Below, piece after piece: positions 27,901 through 34,319 of a stretch of 37,509 bases of DNA (its first letter is position 1; every line of letters starts with the position of its first letter). The stretch is from Myxococcales bacterium (lineage in GTDB: Bacteria; Myxococcota_A; Polyangia; Fen-1088), in the NCBI GenBank assembly GCA_003158735.1, contig PMLB01000125.1, positions 22,877-60,385 of the forward strand. Direction: 5' to 3'. The translations under genes were made by a program, and so were the position numbers. The notes under the pieces were generated by a model. The model was not told the origin of the DNA. It was given only the letters and a program-made list of their open reading frames with translations, and ran no database searches.

Positions 27901-28599
27901 ATCACCACATCGTGCGTCCGGCTTGCAGGGAGCGCCTGGCGTCGGGCAGCTCCAACCGGCCTCGACCTGACAAACGCTGCTGCAGCCATCGCCGCTGTTG
28001 CTGTTGCCGTCGTCGCACTTTTCGCCCGATTCGATACGCTTGTTGCCACACTGGGAAACCAGGGTGCAAGGTTGTCCGGGGACACATTTGTAGCGGGGGT
28101 CCTGCACGGTGCAGGTAGAATTGCAGCCGTCGTTGTCGAGAGTGTTGCCATCGTCGCAGACCTCACCCGCGCCGACGACTTTGTCGCCACAGATGACCAG
28201 TCGCTGGCAGGCCCCCGCGGGCGGACATTTCCAGTGGGGCTCGACCTTGCAGGCACCATTGCACCCATCGCCGGGCAAGGCGTTTCCGTCGTCACACTCC
28301 TCGATGCCATTCTGATTGTTGATTCCATCGCCGCAGGCCTCAGGATACTCGGCCTTGCAGCCCAGAGTGCTGTCGCTGTTGCAGACCCCAGAGCCGCTCG
28401 TCGTCGTCGTGCCGCCGGACGAGGAGGCGATGGTCGAGATGATGTTTCCACCGAGCGCTCCGGCCGCGCCAGAATTCCCACCTCCCACGCCTCCCCCACC
28501 GCCTCGCGCACCTCCGTTGTTTTCTACCTCCGAGCTGTTACAGGCAGCTGCCGCCAACACAAAAAGGAACATTGCATGGCCGGTGTGGGCTGTATTCAT
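24973..28599 (-). CDS. Large lipoprotein with myxobacterial Cys-rich repeats (DUF4215/Myxo_disulph type) and a central fibro-slime (PA14-like) domain
   Basis: Lipobox LAAAAC. I count 8 CG(D/N)x..E.CD repeats before and 8 after a central domain containing [14 protein letters not shown]...[23 protein letters not shown]. Confidence 0.88.
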   Translation of the reverse strand: [1208 protein letters not shown]

Positions 28600-28713
28600 C
28601 GGAGAACCTCACGGAAAAAGAGACTCTGGCGAATGCCCTGAAGGGACCTCGCCTGACTATACACCGGGCTTCATCAGCGGCGGCAGGAACAAAATCGATT
28701 TCCTTCCTGTCGT

Positions 28714-28753
28714 ACTGCGCCCTGCTTGTCCGACTGCGCCCCGCTTGTCCGAC
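28714..28753. repeat. 19-bp tandem direct repeat upstream of the fibro-slime gene
   Basis: ACTGCGCCCTGCTTGTCCG / ACTGCGCCCCGCTTGTCCG (18/19 identical), followed by AC. Confidence 0.7.
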
Positions 28754-28938
28754 ATCCGAATGCCACGTCAACCGGCACCCCCCAGTAACCCAGGGAAAAC
28801 AGGCGCGATTCTAAGGGGTTGCGGGCTGAAAGTCACGCCAGCCAGGACTTCGGTGCGCAGACTGGTGCCCCGTTCGCCTAGCTTGAAGAATCGATCGAGC
28901 ATCCCGCCCAAGCGTACACCGGCAGCGCCCAAGCGAGG

Positions 28939-30360
28939 TTACCTCAGCCACCGCCGCAAGACGACCCACCGACAGCCGCGAACTACAGTGTCATGAAACT
29001 GCCACACGATGAAGACGTAGAACACCGGCTCCAAGAAGAATTTGAAGCGGTGGTTTTCGCCCTGCTCGCATAAGATGGAAATCGCAAAAATGTAGAACGC
29101 CGGCAATAGCATTGCCACTCTGCAGGCGTAGTCCTTCTCCCTCCGCCCTTGCGCAAGCCATATCACACCCGCCAAAGACAAGAGAACAATCAAGACTGGC
29201 CCAGAGAAGATCAAGTCGTAGACGGACTTCCACGGAAGCAGCTCGATGTGCTTGCGCGGGGAGTAGGTGCTCGACGGACGCCAGTAGATCTTGAGGTTGT
29301 TGTAGTAGGCACTGAGAAGGACCGCCACAGGAGCTGTCGTGAGGTAGGTCTTGTATTCACTCTCAAGCTGCCTATCGAACTCTACGTAGCAGAGCCTATT
29401 GTAGTTGAGGCTGCCGTCCAGCTTGTTCTTCCGCGTGAGGACTCTTGGCAAAGCACTGGGCAATTCTCCGTCTGGGTCAACCTCGTAGGGCCAGGTGTAC
29501 TTCATGACTCCAGCGGAACGGACCAGATTGAGTCCGGTAAAGGTGGATGTGCTGAGGAGCCCAAACTGGCCGTATTGCTTCGCCACGTACGACCCACAGA
29601 TTCCGCCAGTTATCAGCAAGAAAAGCACCACCGTGCGCCACGGCACCTTCAACAAGTATAGAGAAACAGCCATAACCAAGAGAAAGGGGAGTTGAAAGAG
29701 CGACCTGAAGAAGAACAACAATACCGACGAAGCGGTGACCGCAAAGATGGAGGGACAGCCGCGTCTCAGTTTCCACAAGGAATAGTACATCCACAGAACA
29801 AGAACGCTGGACAGCAATGTGGTATCCAATAGTGTTGAATACACCAGGGCGGCGGGATGGAGCAGGAACAAGAGGGAGGCAAGAAGGGCAATTGTCTTTC
29901 CCACCAGGCCTGACAGCCAACGGAACATGAGCAGGCCGCACACGCCGTAGAGGATTGACCACACAAGATACAGGGCGTCGTCCACCTGCTTGAGAGCGGC
30001 GTGTATGTCCAGGGAGGGCCAGAGATGGACGAGAATGGCCCTGGCGAGGTCGAACCCCGGAGGCTGAATGTGAATATGGGTGAGTGATTCGAGGGGCGAG
30101 TCGCGGAGGTCCAGTATCGACACGGTCTGCATGAGGGTCTCGGACGAAAACCACTCGCGTTGGTGACCGTCGGTCAAATAGGGTTGGGCCTGATGTCGCA
30201 AGGCCACTTGAAACAGGAGGCCGAAGATCAGAATGGCAGCGCCAGCGAGGGGAAGCTTCCTTGCCTTGTCGATGATGGAGCGCAAACTGGCCTTGCCAAT
30301 CTCGCGACTGAGGCGACTGGTGTCGCGGGAACCTGCTCCTGGTGACTCGGAAGGGACCAC
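28939..30360 (-). CDS. Polytopic membrane protein, GT-C fold (ArnT/PMT-like) glycosyltransferase candidate
   Basis: Roughly ten TM stretches, HIQPPG in the first loop, and ENHRFKFFLEP before the last TM. Visibly more AT-rich than its neighbours. The start codon is uncertain. Confidence 0.55.
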   Translation of the reverse strand: MVPSESPGAGSRDTSRLSREIGKASLRSIIDKARKLPLAGAAILIFGLLFQVALRHQAQPYLTDGHQREWFSSETLMQTVSILDLRDSPLESLTHIHIQPPGFDLARAILVHLWPSLDIHAALKQVDDALYLVWSILYGVCGLLMFRWLSGLVGKTIALLASLLFLLHPAALVYSTLLDTTLLSSVLVLWMYYSLWKLRRGCPSIFAVTASSVLLFFFRSLFQLPFLLVMAVSLYLLKVPWRTVVLFLLITGGICGSYVAKQYGQFGLLSTSTFTGLNLVRSAGVMKYTWPYEVDPDGELPSALPRVLTRKNKLDGSLNYNRLCYVEFDRQLESEYKTYLTTAPVAVLLSAYYNNLKIYWRPSSTYSPRKHIELLPWKSVYDLIFSGPVLIVLLSLAGVIWLAQGRREKDYACRVAMLLPAFYIFAISILCEQGENHRFKFFLEPVFYVFIVWQFHDTVVRGCRWVVLRRWLR

Positions 30361-30480
30361 GGCGCGGACTCTATCCTATGATGGCGTGGGCGAGTTGGTA
30401 GTTTGTTGGGACGCTTTCCCCACGCGCACCCCGGCGGTTCGACCACGTACATTTCGACTTGCTATCTGCCCATACGAGAG

Positions 30481-31698
30481 TCAGCGGGTGCAGCCTGGCC
30501 ACCAGCAAGGAACCGTGCGGCTCCAATCGGCTATCGCTCGCCAGCGCGGCGTATCGTCCTCGACGGTTTCCAGCAGGCCGTACACGCTGCCGTCGCCGCC
30601 GCGAACATCGACGTAGTGGTGAAAGAGCGTGCCACCCAGTGCTTTCCAGCGGCTCAGCATGTCTGCGTACACCTGCTGCATGCGCGGATGCCGCGCCACC
30701 TGGCGGCGGAACTCGGCCGTCGCGCCAGTCTGGTTGTATCCCAAGTCGATACCCATCGAATACGCGGTGAACACCAGGCCGTGCGATTGAGCCAGATCCA
30801 AGTCCGCCGCCACATCCGCGGCCATGTTGGCCGTCACGTCGGCAGCCAGCAGATCGACCGCCTGGTCGACGCCTGCCGCGCCCTGCGATTCCAGCGTTGT
30901 CCAGCTATCAACGTTGCCACTGAAGAATCGGCTGACGGCGTACTCGTCGAAGCCGTGTTGCCAACAGACCTGGTTGCCTTCGTTCACCCACAAGGGACAT
31001 TCGATCGCTTGCTGTCCGACACCGCTGTTTCCGGCCTGGGCCACCACGACGCAACGGACACGATGGCGTCCTGTCGCACCGAAGACCTCGTTCTTGAAGA
31101 TGTCGCAGGCCTGCGCCAGGCGCATGCCCGCCCACTCCGCCGCGCACCAGTCCGTCACGTTCCAGCGGGCTTGGCATTGGGCAAGCGCATATTGGGCGCG
31201 GCCATTCCAGTATTCATCGCCGATCTCGATGCGCGCAATCAGCCCCGGATCCAGATTGTCCCGTAAGTATTCCGCAAGGCCGCGCAAGTAACCATCCGTG
31301 GCTTGGGCAGGAATGCTGAACCAGCAGTCGACCTGCGCGCGGTTGCAGATCGCGACCAGAACCTCGATGGGCGCGCCCCGGTCGGAGTCCAACCAGTTGT
31401 CGGCTAGCTGGGTCCGCGTGTTCCACTCGGTGACCGATGCCGAATCCAGGGTGTCGCCCCATCGGATGCTGCGCATCTGCCCTAGCTTTTCAAGATAGAG
31501 CGGATTGAAGGCCGATCCGTCGGCCAGTCCTGCGGCGGTGCGGTTGGTTCCAAGGTAGTTGTCGCCGTCGCGCACCCACAGCCAGGTGCCGTCCACGCCA
31601 GCCGAGCTTTTGTCCGCGCCCATGCGAGCCACGTAGAGATCGCCGCTGCACGCCGCGAAAGCGAGCAACGCGAGCGCAACCAACCAACGCGCGTGCAC
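30481..31698 (-). CDS. Lipoprotein, clan GH-A-like glycoside hydrolase homologue with a degenerate active site (putative pseudoenzyme)
   Basis: Lipobox FAAC. Collinear with 34320-36089 (ICNRAQVDCWFSIP vs LCNRAHVDYWINVP; LDPGL vs LDPSL). It has IEIGDEYWN in place of IEYSNEVWN and AYSMG in place of SYEGG. Confidence 0.75.
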   Translation of the reverse strand: MHARWLVALALLAFAACSGDLYVARMGADKSSAGVDGTWLWVRDGDNYLGTNRTAAGLADGSAFNPLYLEKLGQMRSIRWGDTLDSASVTEWNTRTQLADNWLDSDRGAPIEVLVAICNRAQVDCWFSIPAQATDGYLRGLAEYLRDNLDPGLIARIEIGDEYWNGRAQYALAQCQARWNVTDWCAAEWAGMRLAQACDIFKNEVFGATGRHRVRCVVVAQAGNSGVGQQAIECPLWVNEGNQVCWQHGFDEYAVSRFFSGNVDSWTTLESQGAAGVDQAVDLLAADVTANMAADVAADLDLAQSHGLVFTAYSMGIDLGYNQTGATAEFRRQVARHPRMQQVYADMLSRWKALGGTLFHHYVDVRGGDGSVYGLLETVEDDTPRWRAIADWSRTVPCWWPGCTR

Positions 31699-31703
31699 CA
31701 GGC

Positions 31704-32525
31704 CTACCGTCCTCGCAACGCCTGACGAGCCTTGCTGGCGAAGTTACCCTGCGGAAAACGCGAGATGATCTGCCCGAGATCGGAGCGTGCGCCCGCACTG
31801 TCGCCCAAGCGTGATCGACAGGACGCGCGTCCCCACAGCGCCCGTTCCTCCAGCGCATCGCCAGAGCCGTCAAGGCCCGAGCCGAGATCAGCAACGGCCT
31901 GGTTGCAGCGGCCCACTGCACCGCGAAGCTCACCACGCAGCACGGCCAGCTCGCGTGCCCGCGGAAGTTCCGTCAACTGCGTCCGGTCGAGGATCTCAAG
32001 TGCGTGGACGCGATCATCCAGCTCCAGAAGCGCATCGATGCGTGCCAGGGTTGCTTCGCGCGAGAGGGTTCCGTTCGGGAATCGCTTGCCGTACTCGTCG
32101 AGCGCGGACAGCGCCGACCGTGCGTCGTGTTGTTGCCGCAGAAGCTGGAGTGCGGCGGTCAGCAGACGCGATTCCTCGGCGATGCTGCTGGGAACCGGCT
32201 CCACGGCGAGCACCGGGTTGCGCGCAGGCGCCGCTGGTTGTGGCGGCGTGGTCAACCGGGCGACACGGCCCCGCAACAGCACCGTGGCAGCAACAGCACC
32301 CGACACCGCGACCAGCAGGCCTGCGGCCAGCGCCAGGCGCAACATGCGCATTCCTTGGCGTCTGCGCGAGCCGTGCAGTTTGTCTGCCACCCGAGACAGC
32401 AGCTGGGGATCGCCTGTCGGCACCATGGCTGCCTGCCGTATCAGATCGCCGGCCCGCTGCTCGAGCGGCGGACTCGTTGGGTCGTGGTCGCTCCAATGCT
32501 CGTGAATCGGGCTGCTGTCGTTCAT
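31704..32525 (-). CDS. Single-TM, C-terminal TPR protein; putative anti-sigma factor (module 2)
   Basis: ATGA-coupled to the sigma gene. TM LALAAGLLVAVSGAVAATVLL, then EESRLLTAALQLL...ALSALDEYGKRFPNGTLSREA...RFPQGNFA. Paralogue of 19556-20767. Confidence 0.7.
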   Translation of the reverse strand: MNDSSPIHEHWSDHDPTSPPLEQRAGDLIRQAAMVPTGDPQLLSRVADKLHGSRRRQGMRMLRLALAAGLLVAVSGAVAATVLLRGRVARLTTPPQPAAPARNPVLAVEPVPSSIAEESRLLTAALQLLRQQHDARSALSALDEYGKRFPNGTLSREATLARIDALLELDDRVHALEILDRTQLTELPRARELAVLRGELRGAVGRCNQAVADLGSGLDGSGDALEERALWGRASCRSRLGDSAGARSDLGQIISRFPQGNFASKARQALRGR

Positions 32526-33088
32526 GGGGCCTCCCTCCTCTCGATGCGCTCGAGCTCGCGCAGAAACTGGGCCCGTGCTCGGCGCAGTCGCACCCAGATT
32601 GTGGCCAACTTCATTCCCGTCAGCTTCGCGACATCCTCGCCCGACATCGACTCCATTTCGAACAGAATCAGCACGCTCCGATACTTCTCGTCCATCCTGT
32701 CCAGGATCCGGTAGACGAGCTCGACCGACTGCTGGCGCTCGATCGACTCGACCGGGCTGGTCGTCGAGGAATTGAGGGCACGTCCAGCTTCCTCGGCGCG
32801 GTGCAAACCGAGCCAGCGCAACTTGCGGTCTCTGCGCCGCCGGTCAAACACGATGCGCTCGGTGATACGGTACAGCCAGGTCGTTATCTTGGCATCGCCG
32901 CGAAATTCATGCAGCCGGCGCTGAACCACCATGAAGACCTCATGGACCATGTCTTCAATGTCGGAATGCGGCCCGGCCAGCCGCGCAATCCAGTGCATCA
33001 CATCGGGCGCATGGACTCGGTAGATTCCGTCGAGGTCGAGCGGAGCCACGTACTCGTTCGCTGCCACAGTGGACTCGGCGCAGTTCAT
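32522..33088 (-). CDS. ECF-family sigma-70 factor (module 2)
   Basis: IYRVHA...DIEDMVHEVF...TTWLYRI and MDEKYRSVLILFEME..SGEDVA...ATIWVRLRRAR. ATG 33088 is chosen because the promoter motif lies at 33101-33126. ATG 33130 is the alternative. Confidence 0.92.
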   Translation of the reverse strand: MNCAESTVAANEYVAPLDLDGIYRVHAPDVMHWIARLAGPHSDIEDMVHEVFMVVQRRLHEFRGDAKITTWLYRITERIVFDRRRRDRKLRWLGLHRAEEAGRALNSSTTSPVESIERQQSVELVYRILDRMDEKYRSVLILFEMESMSGEDVAKLTGMKLATIWVRLRRARAQFLRELERIERREAP

Positions 33089-33100
33089 TCCGCCAGTCTC

Positions 33101-33126
33101 GTGTCGGTCGAGTTCGGAACCTTTCA
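33101..33126 (-). promoter_or_regulatory. Candidate ECF-sigma promoter (module 2, autoregulatory copy): TGAAAG-N16-ACAC
   Basis: The minus strand reads TGAAAG gttccgaactcGACcg ACAC, directly after the stop of 33127-34137. It matches 34275-34300. Confidence 0.65.
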
Positions 33127-34137
33127 TCATAAACGTCCTAGGCTTGCACCCAGGATCACATTGATGTGCAGGGCCGGCAACTCGTAGCCCATGGACGGGA
33201 TGCCTTCGATTCGCAGCGTCGTGCGATGCGGCCAGCCTGAGGCGGCGATTTCCAGCCAAAATGCGTGTCGGCGACCGCAGAGCAGCGCACGTACACCGGC
33301 CCCGGCGCCGACGTCCATACCGAAGTCGCTGAGATCGTTGGGATAGCCTGACCCAGCCGCGACTGCGGCAGCCAGCAACGCCTCGGCGTGCAGGTCGATG
33401 CGCAAACGCCCCCCGCCAGCGCGAAAACGCGGCCCAGCTTGAAATTCGGCTCGCGTCCAACGCGCGTTGCCCAGGCCGATCGGCGACGTGCGCAGCCAGT
33501 CAACTTGAAGGGCCGCTCGCAAACCCCAGCGCCAACCAGCCGGAGAGCCCGTGCCTTGCAAGGCCAGTGTCGGCGCAAGGAACGACGCCCACGACAGGCC
33601 AGCCCCAGCGCCAAGGTCGAAGACTGCCGACGGTGGAAGAAACGGCGGTGCAGGTGGGGGCAGCGGATGTGGCGGTGGTGGCGGTGGCGGCGGCAACTCT
33701 GGCGGCGGTGGCGCCGGCGGCGGCTCTTGGCGCGGGCTGGGAGAGTGAGGCGGGGGGAGTCGTGGCGGGGGCAACAAGTGGATGGGCGGAGATTGACGAT
33801 TGAGCTCGGGCGAAGGAACCAGCGCCGGCCTGAACTCGGCCTCCCACGCCGCGACTACGGCGGCGACCGCTGCAGCGAGATCCCGACACGACGCCGAGGC
33901 CGCGAGGTGGCGTTCTCCGAGCAACCCACCGTCATCGCGCCGCAACTCGATCCTGATTGTCTCACCCTCGGTCGACAACACCGCACGATCCGGCGACGTG
34001 CCCTCGGCGGCGTCAGGAAGTAGCCGCCGCAGTCTTTCGGCGACCTCAGCGGGATCAGGACAGGTAGCCGTTCCCGAGACCGTCACCATGGGATGCGCCA
34101 GCAGCAGCACCAGCAGGGTCTGGGCGATCACGACCAC
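33127..34137 (-). CDS. Exported protein with a Cys pair, poly-Pro linker and beta-strand-rich C-terminus; possible small outer-membrane barrel (module 2)
   Basis: TLLVLLLAHP signal-like start, TCPD...ASCRDLAAAVAAVVAAW, a poly-Pro linker, and strands ending INVILGASLGRL. The start is placed at GTG 34137 (or 34131) by alignment with 20783-21646. Confidence 0.6.
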   Translation of the reverse strand: MVVIAQTLLVLLLAHPMVTVSGTATCPDPAEVAERLRRLLPDAAEGTSPDRAVLSTEGETIRIELRRDDGGLLGERHLAASASCRDLAAAVAAVVAAWEAEFRPALVPSPELNRQSPPIHLLPPPRLPPPHSPSPRQEPPPAPPPPELPPPPPPPPHPLPPPAPPFLPPSAVFDLGAGAGLSWASFLAPTLALQGTGSPAGWRWGLRAALQVDWLRTSPIGLGNARWTRAEFQAGPRFRAGGGRLRIDLHAEALLAAAVAAGSGYPNDLSDFGMDVGAGAGVRALLCGRRHAFWLEIAASGWPHRTTLRIEGIPSMGYELPALHINVILGASLGRL

Positions 34138-34274
34138 CCCGTGGGTCGCCGAACCGTCGGCCAGTGAGCTGCTTCTTCCACGTCTCAGAGTTAGCGCGCA
34201 CAGGCCGGCACGGTCAACGGGTGAAGCACAAGGTCGGCCGAGACGGGCCCAACGCATCGGCCCATCAAGAAAGG

Positions 34275-34300
34275 TGAAAGTTTTCTCACCTGACAAACAC
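34275..34300 (+). promoter_or_regulatory. Candidate ECF-sigma promoter (module 2, target copy): TGAAAG-N16-ACAC
   Basis: TGAAAG ttttctcacctGACaa ACAC, 19 nt before ATG 34320. It is overlapped by the inverted repeat AGGTGA...TCACCT (34272-34291). Confidence 0.65.
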
Positions 34301-34319
34301 TGGCAGCCAAGGAGCCACA

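Noticed and set aside
28755-28772. Possible sigma54 promoter (TGGCAT...) for the fibro-slime gene
   Set aside because: No GC at the -12 position at the required spacing.
29694-29719. TGAAAG-N16-ACAA near-match to the module 2 motif
   Set aside because: Intragenic, antisense, mismatched, and in an AT-richer gene. Likely chance.
33131-33460. Long N-terminal extensions in the ORF track (sigma 2 from 33460; also 34458, 5221, 15644, 8427, 23928)
   Set aside because: Most overlap neighbouring genes, and all are at odds with paralogue alignment, RBS position or ATGA coupling, which support shorter starts.
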